Notes: a model not told the origin generated them from the letters alone. DNA of 64,000 nucleotides from Sedimentisphaerales bacterium (GCA_963663965.2 CAXXFK010000001.1:32001-96000); one strand, 5' to 3'. Positions 39,102-50,506 are shown, counted from the stretch's first letter. Numbers and translations: made by a program.

Positions 39102-40643
39102 TTATTCATAGTTGAGCGCCATTTCTTTCATTTGCAGGTTCATTCCTTGCAATGTCTTGCGGAAGTGAAAGCCGTATATGGAAAAACGAACAGCCAGCGG
39201 GAGGCGCCGGAGGTCTTTGAGTGACCATAGTATCAGCATCCAATAATGAATCTTACCCTTTTCGATCACTCCGATCCGCCAAAGCGATCGGAAAAATGCT
39301 TTCATGCCGCAGTATCGCACTTTAATCCTGGCTTTGTCACCAAATTGGTAGTTCTCAAGAAATGTTCTAACCCGTTTATAATAAAATTTCTGCGAGTAAA
39401 TCGTATTGAGTACCTTCCGATAGCCCCTCATCAGCTCGTGAATATCCATCCTGGGAATGAAATTCATTGAGCAGTCCATATTGTCTCCCGATGACGGTTT
39501 CGTCAACCGGTTTTCGCGCATCAGCTTCTTGTAAAGCTGGGTCCCTCGCGGGGCATTGAGAAGCCCCACCATCGCCATGACAATTCCGCTATCCTGAATC
39601 AGGGCGATCATTCGGTCAAAGACACCGGGCTTGTCGCTGTCAAACCCAACAATAAAGCCGGCTTGCACCTGTATCCCGAATTGCTGGATTTTTTGAATGG
39701 CGGCCACGATATCCCGGCCTTCATTCTGTTTTTTATTGCATTCGACCAGACTTTCTTCGTTAGGGGTTTCAATCCCGATAAACACACAATCGAAACCGGC
39801 CCGGGTCATCAGTGTCATCAATGCTTCATCATCCACCAGATCGATCGAAGCCTGGGTGTTAAAAGCAAAAGGATGATTTCTTTTCTCCATCCAGTCAATG
39901 ATGGCCGGCAGCAATTCGGTTTTCAATTGCTGGCGCTTCCCGATAAAATTATCGTCCACAAAAAACACATCCCCGCGCCAATTGTGGGCATAGAGACTTT
40001 CAAGCTCATCGATGATCTGGCCGGTTGTTTTTGTCCGCACTTTGCGGCCCAGTAACGTCGTTATATCGCAGAAGTCGCAATTAAACGGACAGCCACGCGA
40101 ATATTGGATTCCCATCAAGGCATACTTCGTCATATCCACCAAATCCCATTGAGGTACGGGGGTGTCTTTCAGATCGGGCTTTTCACGGGTCGTATAATAC
40201 TTTTCCGGACACCCATTTTCCAGGTCCGTTAAAAACATCGGCAGGGTGACCTCCGCCTCTCTCAGAACAAGATGATCCACATCCAAAAAGGCTTCGGGAT
40301 ACGCCGTGAACAACGGACCGCCAGCCACGATAGTTGCGTTCAGCTTTTTACAGCGCGCGATAATATCGTCGACAGACTTTTTCTGGATAACCATGGCGGT
40401 GATAAACACATAGTCGGCCCATTGAATGTCTTTATCACTCAGGGCGGTTACATTCATGTCAATCAGTCTTTTTTTATAAGTCGCCGGAAGCAGGGCCGCC
40501 ACAGTTAATAATCCCAGGGGCGGTAAAAGTGATTTTTTGGAAATAAACTTCAAAGCATTACTTAAACTCCAGAAGGTGTTCGGAACTTCCGGATTGACAA
40601 GCAGAATTTTTAATTTATCTTTCATGTATATTTCCAATTCCAT
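39102..40643 (-). CDS. B12-binding radical SAM protein with DUF4070-like C-terminus
   Basis: PPLGLLTVAA, SRGCPFNCDFC (CxxxCxxC), FFVDDNF, GFIVGFD.D. Confidence 0.92.
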   Translation of the reverse strand: MELEIYMKDKLKILLVNPEVPNTFWSLSNALKFISKKSLLPPLGLLTVAALLPATYKKRLIDMNVTALSDKDIQWADYVFITAMVIQKKSVDDIIARCKKLNATIVAGGPLFTAYPEAFLDVDHLVLREAEVTLPMFLTDLENGCPEKYYTTREKPDLKDTPVPQWDLVDMTKYALMGIQYSRGCPFNCDFCDITTLLGRKVRTKTTGQIIDELESLYAHNWRGDVFFVDDNFIGKRQQLKTELLPAIIDWMEKRNHPFAFNTQASIDLVDDEALMTLMTRAGFDCVFIGIETPNEESLVECNKKQNEGRDIVAAIQKIQQFGIQVQAGFIVGFDSDKPGVFDRMIALIQDSGIVMAMVGLLNAPRGTQLYKKLMRENRLTKPSSGDNMDCSMNFIPRMDIHELMRGYRKVLNTIYSQKFYYKRVRTFLENYQFGDKARIKVRYCGMKAFFRSLWRIGVIEKGKIHYWMLILWSLKDLRRLPLAVRFSIYGFHFRKTLQGMNLQMKEMALNYE

Positions 40644-41087
40644 GATAAATAATTGCGTTTAACGGGTGTAAACTACTTATGTTCCCTGTCCGAGGCGCGG
40701 CGCTTAATGGCCAGATCTCAGGCGGAATAGCCAAATATGCATACTTGGTGACCCATTCTCATAGGCCCGGCAAAAACACGCATTTTTCTTTTTTCAGCAG
40801 TCCATGGGTTCAGAACGTATCATTTGAATTACGATTAATGTCTCGCCAGGAACATGCATATATTTTCATTATTCGGCTTCTTACATAATCATACCCCCAA
40901 AATCTAATTTTGTATATCAGAGTGAGATATGGTTTTAATGTCAGACTAATAAACTATAGTTGTGTAATCTAAATGACTTACATCAGCGCCCGGAAAGAGC
41001 CCAATGATCAAAAATTTCAGATTGACACTTTTACGAATCTTGTTAGAATCAAAATAGATAAGAGAATTTTTGTGTGGGCAACATCAA

Positions 41088-41116
41088 TTGACCTGCCGGG
41101 CATATAATGTTATGAT
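41088..41116 (+). promoter_or_regulatory. sigma70 promoter (a second candidate lies at 41022-41049)
   Basis: TTGACC-N17-TATGAT with TG extension; also TTGACA-N16-TAGAAT. Confidence 0.5.
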
Positions 41117-41183
41117 AAGAAAGGTTAGGTCTTAAACGAAAAAAGCAAATGACATAACCAAACAACTAAAACATGTTGAACGG

Positions 41184-42554
41184 ATGTTGCAGATGAGCGA
41201 AGACAAGTATCGTCAGCTTGTCGAAAATGCTGAATGTATTATTCTTCGCATTGACATATCAGGGAATATTCTCTTTTTTAATGAATTCGCCCAGAATTTG
41301 TTTGGTTATACCGAACGCCAGATCCTGGGCAAAAACATCATCGGGACCATCGTTCCCGAAATCGATAGCGACGGCCGGAATATCGAAAATCCGACCAAAG
41401 AACAGCCGGTATTGTTCGCGACCTGCACTAACGAATGCCTGTGCAAAGATGGCCGGCGTGTCTGGATTACCTGGGCCAATAATGCCATCCATGATACGCA
41501 GCGAAACAGGACGGAAATCCTCTGTATCGGTCATGACATCACGGAAAGCAAACGGATGGAGAACCAACTCCAATTGCTGGCTACCGTGGTGCGCAGTTCC
41601 AACGACGCCATTACCATACTGGATCTGGATGGGAACATCATCTCCTGGAACCTCGGTGCCGAACGCATTTATGGCTATTCCGAAGCCGAAGCGTTGAAAA
41701 TGAATTTCGGCAGAATCATACCGGAACACAAGCAGGATGAAATGATGGCGCTGATTGAAAGAGTACTCAAAGGGGAGACGATTGAATGCTTTGAATCCCA
41801 GCGCCTGACCAGAAGCAACCGATTACTCGACATTTCGCTTACCGCAACCTGGCTGAAAGATGTTGCGGACAAACCCTTCGCCATCGCTCTGACTGAAAGG
41901 GATATTACCGAACGGCGGCGCCTGGAAAAGGAGATTCTCAATATCACCGAACGCGAACGGGAAATGATCGGCCAGGAATTGCACGATGGCATGGGACAGC
42001 TATTAACTGGCATCGCCGTTAAGTGCAAAGGACTGGCGCTGAAACTCAAGGGGCATTCTCCCGAATCCATGAATGACGCCGAAACGATAACAAAACTAGC
42101 CAACAAGGCGATTGCTCAAACGCGCGATCTGGCCAAAATCCTGTTCCCTGTCGATATTGAAACGGGGGGACTGGTGTCGGCCTTGAAAACCCTGGCGGCC
42201 AATACCGAAAAAACCATGAAAATTAAATGCCGGTTCCGATGCGGAAAATCGGTCTCAGTCAAAGATCTTACCGAAGCTAAGCAGATCTATCGTATTGTGC
42301 AGGAAGCGATTACGAATGCGATCCGCCACGGCAAAACCGAAACGATCAATGTCATCCTTCAATACACAAAAAAAAGAACCAAACTGACCATTGAAAACGA
42401 CGGACTTGATTTCCCTGCCCCCCTTCCGCCCAACAAAGGGATCGGTCTGAAAATCATGCAATACCGCACCAATCTGCTGGGAGGCGTCCTTGATATCCGT
42501 AAAGGCGACAAAGGCGGAACGGTGGTGGTTTGCACGCTTCCAAATGGCAGATAA
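41184..42554 (+). CDS. PAS-PAS sensor histidine kinase (HisKA_3/NarX type)
   Basis: Two PAS domains; ERE.IGQELHDG.GQ; YRIVQEA.TNA.RH; G.GL..M. Confidence 0.93.
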   Translation: MLQMSEDKYRQLVENAECIILRIDISGNILFFNEFAQNLFGYTERQILGKNIIGTIVPEIDSDGRNIENPTKEQPVLFATCTNECLCKDGRRVWITWANNAIHDTQRNRTEILCIGHDITESKRMENQLQLLATVVRSSNDAITILDLDGNIISWNLGAERIYGYSEAEALKMNFGRIIPEHKQDEMMALIERVLKGETIECFESQRLTRSNRLLDISLTATWLKDVADKPFAIALTERDITERRRLEKEILNITEREREMIGQELHDGMGQLLTGIAVKCKGLALKLKGHSPESMNDAETITKLANKAIAQTRDLAKILFPVDIETGGLVSALKTLAANTEKTMKIKCRFRCGKSVSVKDLTEAKQIYRIVQEAITNAIRHGKTETINVILQYTKKRTKLTIENDGLDFPAPLPPNKGIGLKIMQYRTNLLGGVLDIRKGDKGGTVVVCTLPNGR

Positions 42555-42588
42555 GTTTCTGGTATATGGATTGCAGGGAACTTTCAGT

Positions 42589-43266
42589 ATGAAACAGGAC
42601 ACAACAAATAAGTGCAAAACTCAGGTGCTTATCGTCGACGACCATCCGGTAGTGCGAGATGGGCTCTCTACCATTATCAACCACGAACTGGACATGACTG
42701 TCTGCGGCGAGGCCGATGATGCTTGTCAGGCCCTTAAGGCCACCGCGGTATTGAAACCAGACATCGTTATTGTAGATATTTCTCTCAAAAGTTCGGATGG
42801 AATCGACCTGACCAAGAGCCTGAAAGCGGCATATCCGCAAGTCTATGTTATCGTTCTATCGGTTCATGACGAATCGATGTACGCCGAACGGGCCTTGTTG
42901 GCCGGGGCGCAAGCCTATCTCATGAAGGATACTGTCACAAATAATATTATCAAGGCCATTCGGACCGTCTTGAGCGGGGAAATCTATGTCAGTGACGCTA
43001 TTTCAAGAAAGTTTCTTCATACCATTGCACAGGACAAAGCCGGAATAACCAAAACACCGATCGAAAACCTCAGTGACCGGGAATTTGAAGTGTTCCGCTT
43101 GATTGGAGAAGGGTACAAGGCTTCCAGGATTGCCGAAATACTTTATCTGAGCCCGAAAACCGTCGAGACGTATCGCGCGCGGATTAAAGACAAACTGAAT
43201 TTACGCAATGCCGCCGAACTTTTACGCTATGCCATCAAATGGGCCAAAAGTCAGGATGCCAAATAA
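42589..43266 (+). CDS. NarL/LuxR family response regulator
   Basis: IVDDHP, VDIS, LSDRE.EV, LSPKTVETYR HTH. Confidence 0.93.
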   Translation: MKQDTTNKCKTQVLIVDDHPVVRDGLSTIINHELDMTVCGEADDACQALKATAVLKPDIVIVDISLKSSDGIDLTKSLKAAYPQVYVIVLSVHDESMYAERALLAGAQAYLMKDTVTNNIIKAIRTVLSGEIYVSDAISRKFLHTIAQDKAGITKTPIENLSDREFEVFRLIGEGYKASRIAEILYLSPKTVETYRARIKDKLNLRNAAELLRYAIKWAKSQDAK

Positions 43267-43842
43267 TTTCGTTATGACTGGCAATCCTCCAGTGCATACA
43301 TTACCAGCCTGGCGACCACCCTCTTTATTCAGGATTCTATCATTTTTTCACTACACATCGGTCAGTAAAATCACCGACAGTAAAGATCGGCGTTCCCCTG
43401 ATTCCATTCTGTCGAATTTGTGCTATGATCAATAACAGACGTTGCAAAGGATTCCCGATTGTATCAGAATGGCTGAGGGAATAAGGAACCTAAGAATGAT
43501 AATGGCAATGGCTTCAAGCGGCATACAATGGGACGATCTTTTTGATAAAATACCGGTGGCCCTTCCTTACTGGAAGGTGGTCCCGAATATGAAGCGGACA
43601 GGAATGTGGCCTGTCTTAAGAACGGAGAATAGATGGATTAAGAATGATGCCGGGAAAGGCTGGCACGATGGGGGAACCGTGAAACGTTCTGTCGATACCC
43701 TTTCACCAGAACGGTCACTTGGGATCAACGGCCTTTTTTAGTCACCCGCGGAATGAGATCTTAAGGATCGATGATTATGAATGCTCTGATTCCGCGCGCG
43801 CTAAACCAAAATTACTTACCAAAATAGAAGGAGAGAAATCTT

Positions 43843-44337
43843 TTGAAGAAAAACGTTAAACCTGACAGTGAAAGTATCGCCAGAACGAAGATCCTTATTG
43901 TAGATGACCATCCGGTCATATGCGAAGGGCTAACCCAGATTATCAATCGGGAACCGGACCTCTGGGTATGTGCGGAGGCCGGGAATATGGAAGAGGCAAC
44001 TAATGCGGCCAGAATGCAGCATTTCGACCTGGCCCTGGTCGATATCCTCCTCGATAGTATTACCGGAATTCAAGTCATCGAGAAATTAAAAACGATAAAT
44101 CCGGATATCGTTGCTCTGGTCTTTTCTGTCAGCGACAGCTCTCAATACCTGAAACAGGCGATCAAAGTGGGAGCCAGGGGATATATTACCAAAGATGAGA
44201 TATCTGATGATATTATCATCGCTATTCGCCGACTCCTCCAAGGCCATCTTCATATCAGCAAGAAACTCCTGAACAATATCACCAAACAAGAACGCGCTTG
44301 GCTTCAAGCCGGTAATATCCAGGATTATTGCGCCTGA
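43843..44337 (+). CDS. response regulator receiver protein lacking an output HTH
   Basis: AAGGAG RBS and TTG start; IVDDHP, LVDI, GARGYITK. Confidence 0.8.
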   Translation: MKKNVKPDSESIARTKILIVDDHPVICEGLTQIINREPDLWVCAEAGNMEEATNAARMQHFDLALVDILLDSITGIQVIEKLKTINPDIVALVFSVSDSSQYLKQAIKVGARGYITKDEISDDIIIAIRRLLQGHLHISKKLLNNITKQERAWLQAGNIQDYCA

Positions 44338-44540
44338 AACCGAATACAAGAAAGTTGACAGCCGGACCAATCAAACAAAAAACAGCCACAAATCCTTAAT
44401 ATCCAACACATTACCGAGCTGGCCGCATTTTTGGATCCACAACCGCATCCCGGCCATTCCATCTTCACCCTAGATACTCCTCCACAAACAGGCCGCTGCC
44501 GCACCGTCACCGCCCGGCCTCGGTTATCTGTCTCGGGTGC

Positions 44541-44566
44541 CACCGGACAAGCGCAGCTTGCCGGTG
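44541..44566. repeat. REP-like hairpin (CAAGCGCAGCTTG core)
   Basis: CACCGG-A-CAAGC-GCA-GCTTG-CCGGTG. Confidence 0.6.
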
Positions 44567-44635
44567 TTCGGACGCATCTTCCCTCATCATAGCACAAATT
44601 CCACTAAAAACATAAACATCAAATTCCGCACATCT

Positions 44636-44850
44636 GAGGCCTCAAAGGCCGCCAGTAACTAGCCGGTGCCGTCAGGTTCCGGAACGCAGGGTCAATGGCA
44701 TTCGTAAGGCCCAAAGGGCCGACAGAATATTTTAATCAAATCGATCATCCCTAACAACCTCCTTTCGCCCCTTCGGGACTCCGTTTTCTTTCGCCATCCT
44801 ATCCCGAGGCCTCACGGCCACGGCTAAACACTCCCGACCCTTCGGGCCTC
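44636..44850. repeat. fold-back REPIN/MITE-like element with nested inverted repeats
   Basis: 44636-44683 imperfectly matches the reverse complement of 44802-44850; inner pair 44706-44727 / 44762-44781. Confidence 0.65.
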
Positions 44851-45038
44851 ACTAATGCCAATGACACTCTCGCAACTATTGCCGCCAGCCCTGTTGACTA
44901 ACGAAGGATTGCTCTCGAAATAAAACCTGATCGGTTCCTGACCCCTTAAAATTCCCTCGCTACAGTCACATTATTATTACTATTAATATCTCAAGAATAT
45001 TTTACCTGTAGGACCAACATGACGAAGAGGCTTTAATA

Positions 45039-45284
45039 TTATAAATCTTCTCGGGGGTTCATAACAAAACCACCGAACAAACCTAGAACCGTCGCTCCGA
45101 TTGCTAGGTATAAAACAGTCTCCCGATTCATCAATGAAATCAATCCATATACAGTGATAGCCGAAAGAAGACCAAAACACCCCATAACGCGAATGCCCTG
45201 CGCATCACCACGGAGCCCTGCTATGCCGGAGGCGACTGCTAGAGTATGCACAATCACAAAAGCAATGGCTAATAAAATATACAT
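45039..45284 (-). CDS. small three-TM membrane protein
   Basis: GGAGG RBS before ATG 45284; three hydrophobic segments. Confidence 0.6.
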   Translation of the reverse strand: MYILLAIAFVIVHTLAVASGIAGLRGDAQGIRVMGCFGLLSAITVYGLISLMNRETVLYLAIGATVLGLFGGFVMNPREDL

Positions 45285-45902
45285 TTTTGAGTCCTCCATT
45301 TAATAACTGACTAATAGAAATTTCACGCTTGGTCAATCTTAACTCTATTCGGATTAATCAAAATTTTACCATAAATATTATAACTTAACAATCGTGAAGA
45401 TATAAAGAGATATTAAAGTAACATAGTTATTGTCTCATATTTTAATGCAACTCGACCTATAATACCATAATCAACCAAACAGTCCTCAAATCTACCAGCC
45501 ACATCCGCAGAGATCCTCTGCGCAAACGTCTGGGCACACTACATTCAAGTAAAGATTATAAATGCAGACCAAACCTTTTCCATTTCATTTTGAAACCTTA
45601 CCCCCAACTACCCAACAGGATTTGCCATCTATAAAGCTACCAACGAAATAGAAAATCACCAAAACGATACAACCTGATAGCCCAAACAAAAAAATCCCTA
45701 AGGACACAAAACCGCCAGAGTAAAAGATCCACCGCAACAGGAAAGGTCCGATAACATTATAACCCAATACTTTACTCGATTTCTGATGATGCCATCATCA
45801 ATTTTCAAATCTTATGCCAACGATAAATTAACATGGGCCACCATAAATCACGATGTTTAGTATTACTGTTTTGTTACATAATATAAATACATAATATTTA
45901 AT

Positions 45903-45931
45903 TTGACTATCACAAAAACCAGATCTATAAT
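45903..45931 (+). promoter_or_regulatory. near-consensus sigma70 promoter, homologous to 14340
   Basis: TTGACT-N17-TATAAT with no credible + strand CDS downstream. Confidence 0.7.
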
Positions 45932-46079
45932 ACCAAAGTTGACCAAACAGCCCCCAAACCACCCGGCCACGCCCGCAGAAATCCTCTGCGCATGGATTTA
46001 CCTCAAGTGGCGCCTTCAAGCGCAGCTTATGGGTGGATTCTTGGTATTGTGATAGTTGGGTACGAACCTGCCCCCACCC

Positions 46080-46394
46080 AATCCCGGCCAGACGGAATAA
46101 AACCATCCTCTCCAAGCCGAAGGCCCGCCTCAGGTGGGCGGATACCCAAAGCGGCCCAACGGGCCGGTATACAATAGCCCAAGGCAGAGCGAGTCCCGTA
46201 AAACGGGATGAGCGCCACCCTGGGTAACGAACATGATTTTAATATTTTTAACCCTCGCCTCCGAGGCATACCGCCAGGATTTCGCACCGGAGGCGAAAGA
46301 TAAAACTACCATGAGCGCCGCAAACACCAACCCAAAACCAAACGAACCCAACGCAACCAAAAATCATCATAATTCAATACATAACAACAACTTA
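46080..46394 (+). repeat. second copy of the intergenic element at 14761-15034, including the spaced motif at 46340-46394
   Basis: Shared blocks CCAGACGGA, CCGAAGGYCCGCCTCAGG, CGCCTC..GAGGC hairpin, GATAAAAC.A.CATGAGCGC, AAACGAACCCAA-N18-TAA-N18-CTTA. Confidence 0.8.
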
Positions 46395-46433
46395 GAATAA
46401 TATCTTTTCGCTTCATCCCAGCAACCCCACCAA

Positions 46434-47450
46434 TCACCCCCCCTGCCGCCTGGCGGACAACCACAAAGCCGCCAACAACACCACCAGCAGAATAATCCAG
46501 ACCACCAGCGCCCGGCGGGTCATCAGCCGTGCCTGCGACTTATCCCACCAGCGTAACGGCTGAATCCCTTGCAGCAAAAAGGTCAGCACCCCGGCCAGAT
46601 TAACGCAGATCAGGTTGGCCCCCAGCAGCAACCCGGCCCCCAGCGCCTGCGCCCAGGCCCCACACCCAAGCAACAACCCGCATGTCACCAGCGGCGGCAT
46701 CAAAGCTACCGCCACCATCACCCCAATCAAAGCGCTGGCCGTCGAAAGCGTAAAAGATAACGTCGCGGCACACCCCGCCGACAGCGCCAGCACCAGATCC
46801 AGCAATGACACCTCCGTACGACTCAAAATCTCCGTCGTATCGCAATGAATCGGAAACAACCACCCAATCAACGCCGCCACTATCAACGGCAAACTCAATC
46901 CCCAGACCAGCGTGATCCGGGCCCGCCGAAACAACTCGGCATCCCCCAGCGTCGCTGCCAGCGCCATGGCAACATTCGGCCCCAGCAAAGGCGCGATCAC
47001 CATGGCGCCAATTACCACCGCCGCGTTGTCACGTATCAGGCCGACCGTCGCCACAATGGATGACAAAGCCAGCATCATGACAAACGCAAAGCTCATCTTT
47101 CCGGCCTGCTCAATATCGGTATAGAGTTCCGCCCTGCTGATCCGGCCAAACCGGACTGCCTTCTTCTTTGCTTCGTTAGCAGTACTTTCAGGCTCCTCTT
47201 CCAGGCGCGGAATCGACGCCTCCACATTATACAGCAACGCTCGAAAGCCCTGAACAGAAAGGAATTTCTTCTCCAGTTCGTCCAATACCCCTTCCGTATG
47301 CTCCACTTTCATGAGCATTTTAATATGAACTTCCGCGTCCCCGGCCGATTCCAACTGCAAAACCTGCACCGTACCGGATTCCTTAAGCGTATCCAGCACC
47401 TGCTGCTGATAATCCGCCTTGATATAAATTTCAATCAATCGTAACGCCAT
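46434..47450 (-). CDS. TIGR00341/DUF389 family membrane protein
   Basis: AVVIGAMVIAPLLGP, GVMVAVALMPP, R.SR.ELY. Confidence 0.9.
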   Translation of the reverse strand: MALRLIEIYIKADYQQQVLDTLKESGTVQVLQLESAGDAEVHIKMLMKVEHTEGVLDELEKKFLSVQGFRALLYNVEASIPRLEEEPESTANEAKKKAVRFGRISRAELYTDIEQAGKMSFAFVMMLALSSIVATVGLIRDNAAVVIGAMVIAPLLGPNVAMALAATLGDAELFRRARITLVWGLSLPLIVAALIGWLFPIHCDTTEILSRTEVSLLDLVLALSAGCAATLSFTLSTASALIGVMVAVALMPPLVTCGLLLGCGAWAQALGAGLLLGANLICVNLAGVLTFLLQGIQPLRWWDKSQARLMTRRALVVWIILLVVLLAALWLSARRQGG

Positions 47451-47555
47451 AGTCTGCTCAATACTACTATCGGAGCCGTTATTCCTTCTTGCTTATTCTA
47501 AGGATATCTGCCCCATTGTCAAACAGACGCTGGCAAATGCCGACAAAAAATTAAA

Positions 47556-47585
47556 GGGACCTCTAAATTGGGTTTTAGAGGTCCC
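47556..47585 (-). terminator. intrinsic terminator
   Basis: GGGACCTCTAAA/TTTAGAGGTCCC perfect stem after the stop at 47593. Confidence 0.75.
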
Positions 47586-47592
47586 CTGATTA

Positions 47593-47979
47593 TTATCTCT
47601 CGATAACCTTAATATCCACACTGCCCTCAAAGGTGGTACCATCTTTCAATTCCCCCGCCAGGGTCATGGTATTATACCCATCAATAACAAGCCCATCCAA
47701 CCCCTTGATATCTTCTATCTCAAACTTGGCCACAAAGTTTCCACGATTATCCGATTTCCAATAATAGATCTCAACATCATTCAAGGTAACCGTCGCCCCC
47801 GCTACCAGACTATAACCAATGTCAGTATGCACAGTTACCACTTCGCCCTGGTTATTCAGATTCAACACCTTGGGCGCGACCTCAATTACAATCGTCCTGT
47901 CCGCCGCCCAGAGCCACCCCGTAACCAGAGTCAGCAGAATAACAACACACAAAACCGATTTAAGTACATTTTTCTTCAT
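47593..47979 (-). CDS. secreted hypothetical protein
   Basis: AAGGAG RBS, signal peptide, P..LNL, L.G...DG..F.G. Confidence 0.7.
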   Translation of the reverse strand: MKKNVLKSVLCVVILLTLVTGWLWAADRTIVIEVAPKVLNLNNQGEVVTVHTDIGYSLVAGATVTLNDVEIYYWKSDNRGNFVAKFEIEDIKGLDGLVIDGYNTMTLAGELKDGTTFEGSVDIKVIER

Positions 47980-48185
47980 CACAAAGCTCCTTAGTAATGG
48001 TTCCTTGATAATTATAACACACAACGTGAAGTGACCGATCGAACAGAGTTAGTAACGTTTTTTTTTGAAAAGAAATGATTTTTCTGAAGAGAATTCCCCT
48101 GTCAACACCTCCACGCGGAACCATACCTGTTCATTGGCAATGAGAATCATAATGCCCCGAAACGCATCAAATCACTCCCAGACGC

Positions 48186-48893
48186 TCACATCTTCACATT
48201 CAGATACCTTTCCCAGAATTGCTCGAAATCCTCAGGTTCAGCCGAAACATGCCCATCCAGCCAGACCATATTGGACTTGCCGTAAAATCGTCCGCGGCAG
48301 ATACGATGCCAGCGTGTCCGGGTTGGATCCGGCAACAACGCCGGATCGATAGCCGGATAAAAATTAAGATACTTCAGCACTACCCATTTTTCATGACACA
48401 TAAAATGGTTGGTGGTCGTCGGTTCCTTAATCATGTCCAGTTTGATACCCTGCGCCGTTTTAAAATCATCCTGGCGCTGATTCCCGCCTGTCATTGAATC
48501 TCTCAGCAACTCACCATTGATACCATAAGAGATGATATCCGGAGGATTACTCCCAAAAAAATCGATTTTAGTCGCCAGGGGACAGGCATAAAGGTTGTTT
48601 CTCTGTTGATCTGTAAATGTTGCCGACGGACTATACGCGTTGGGTAATCTGACATGAGTGATTCGAGCCAGTTCTTCATTTTCATACCAATTAGCCGGTA
48701 CGGAACGCTGATCATGTTCTTCCGCCCAGGTCCAGGCCGCAATCCCCAATTGCTTAAGATTGCTCAAATCTTGAACATTCCTGGCCTGCTGGCGTGCCTG
48801 GCTCAACGCCGGCATCAAAATAGCTATGAGCAGAGCGATAATGGCAATGACTATCAGTAATTCAACCTGGGAAAACGCTCGGCTATTTCTCAT
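48186..48893 (-). CDS. prepilin-type N-terminal cleavage / H-X9-DG (DUF1559-like) protein
   Basis: [35 protein letters not shown]-terminal N...LDGHV. Confidence 0.9.
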   Translation of the reverse strand: MRNSRAFSQVELLIVIAIIALLIAILMPALSQARQQARNVQDLSNLKQLGIAAWTWAEEHDQRSVPANWYENEELARITHVRLPNAYSPSATFTDQQRNNLYACPLATKIDFFGSNPPDIISYGINGELLRDSMTGGNQRQDDFKTAQGIKLDMIKEPTTTNHFMCHEKWVVLKYLNFYPAIDPALLPDPTRTRWHRICRGRFYGKSNMVWLDGHVSAEPEDFEQFWERYLNVKM

Positions 48894-50148
48894 GGTCACC
48901 CCCTTGAACAACGGCGATACGTGCCTGAATCTGTTGCAGTTCAAAACCATTATTCTTCCCGTTTGCGGAATTAACCAGTTTGATGCGATCTGGCTCAAAA
49001 TCTTGCGGGGCATTCGCCAGATCAATTCGACAGGTAATGGGATAATTGAAAATCACCCCCTTTTGTCCGGCATCAACTTTCGGCGTTCGTGCCTGACCAA
49101 TCCAATGCTCATGCCCCAGGGAATCGCCGGCATAAACCTCAACACACTCACCATCCGGTCCCAGTTCGGTAATAAACAAATCGGCGCCCGTTCCATCGAT
49201 CAATTTCCCCGGAAAAATAAATTCAACTTCTTCACCCGCTTCGATAACATAATCCAGGCGTTCAAATCCCTGTTCGGTATATTGACGGTTCAAACGGACC
49301 AGCCAGTCGGCAGTCGCGCCCTGTGCCACAAATTCAATCGGACATGAAACGCGCGTCTCACATAGGTTACCCGAAATCAGCCGGCTAAAATGATTCGATA
49401 CGGCCCGCCAGGGCAACGCCACTAACACGATCAGTGTAGCCACCGCCAGATAAGACACTCCAGATCCGGCCATTGTTATCAACGGGGATACCGTTAACAA
49501 TCGCCCCGTAACAACCGGCACGACAGCCTGCCCCGAAGCCTGAGCCGAAAGTTTTCCAAAAAGCAATAATGCCGGCGCCAGCATACTCTTATTAAAACCT
49601 CGCCCGGTCAGTTTCTTTTTCAAGGCCTGTTTGGCGCGATGAAACAAAACCTTGGCGGCCAGTGGTGAGCATGATAGAATCTGACCAATCTCTTCATACG
49701 AAAAGCCCTGATACACCCTCAATACCAGGATATGCCGATAGGATTCCTTCAACCCGGCCATGGCCCGGGTAATCGCTTCGGCCAGTTCCGTTTCCAGCAG
49801 ATGGGTCAATCCTTCGACAGTATTGGGGCTCGCATAATCATCCGGATTGGCTCCCGCGTCAATTTCAATTTTCTTTTGCTGCCTGAAATAATGCTGGACC
49901 TGCCCCCACGCCGTACGATACAGCCAGCTTCGAAATTTTTCCGGCTGGCGAATCGTATGAATTAACTCAAACACCTTTAACAAGGTATCCTGAATAATAT
50001 CTTCAGCAAGTTCCCGGTTGAATAACATTCGATAGACATAGGGTCCAATATCACTGCGAACTTTCCGTGCAAGCAGATCCCGGCCGGCGCTCCCGCCATT
50101 CCGGCATTCCAGGATAAGCTGCGGATAATTGTATTCACCAAAGATCAT
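48883..50148 (-). CDS. ECF sigma factor with C-terminal membrane-linked extension
   Basis: [26 protein letters not shown]; hydrophobic segment and soluble C-terminal domain. Confidence 0.88.
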   Translation of the reverse strand: MIFGEYNYPQLILECRNGGSAGRDLLARKVRSDIGPYVYRMLFNRELAEDIIQDTLLKVFELIHTIRQPEKFRSWLYRTAWGQVQHYFRQQKKIEIDAGANPDDYASPNTVEGLTHLLETELAEAITRAMAGLKESYRHILVLRVYQGFSYEEIGQILSCSPLAAKVLFHRAKQALKKKLTGRGFNKSMLAPALLLFGKLSAQASGQAVVPVVTGRLLTVSPLITMAGSGVSYLAVATLIVLVALPWRAVSNHFSRLISGNLCETRVSCPIEFVAQGATADWLVRLNRQYTEQGFERLDYVIEAGEEVEFIFPGKLIDGTGADLFITELGPDGECVEVYAGDSLGHEHWIGQARTPKVDAGQKGVIFNYPITCRIDLANAPQDFEPDRIKLVNSANGKNNGFELQQIQARIAVVQGGDHEK

Positions 50149-50452
50149 ACTGTTTCCGAAATTAAATTCTGCTATCCATATCAATAAGGTGCAATATCCC
50201 GGAAAACGTTACACAAAAAATGTATCCTGACAGAAAATTCGTCAATGCGATTCCTCAAAAGCCCAAACTTATCAGACAATACAATTTATGAATAATGGAG
50301 AAACACAATGGTTACTCCGCTGAGATTCCCTGAGCGTTTAAAGAATTGATAACCTGCCACATTGTTCCAATCATCCAAAACGGCCACCTTTTTTAGGCAA
50401 AGACAAGTCCTCTTCCCTGTTATTATATCATTTATGGAAATGGGTATTCAAT

Positions 50453-50478
50453 AAAAAAGGCAAGCCTGAGCTTGCCTT
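50453..50478 (-). terminator. intrinsic terminator
   Basis: AAGGCAAGC/GCTTGCCTT stem with a U tract on the minus strand. Confidence 0.75.
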
Positions 50479-50506
50479 CGCAATTGTTTTTTTATTTCAG
50501 CGCTTT

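Noticed and set aside
43270..43840. ORFs or a riboswitch between the two response regulators
   Set aside because: No recognisable protein motif, RBS or aptamer consensus
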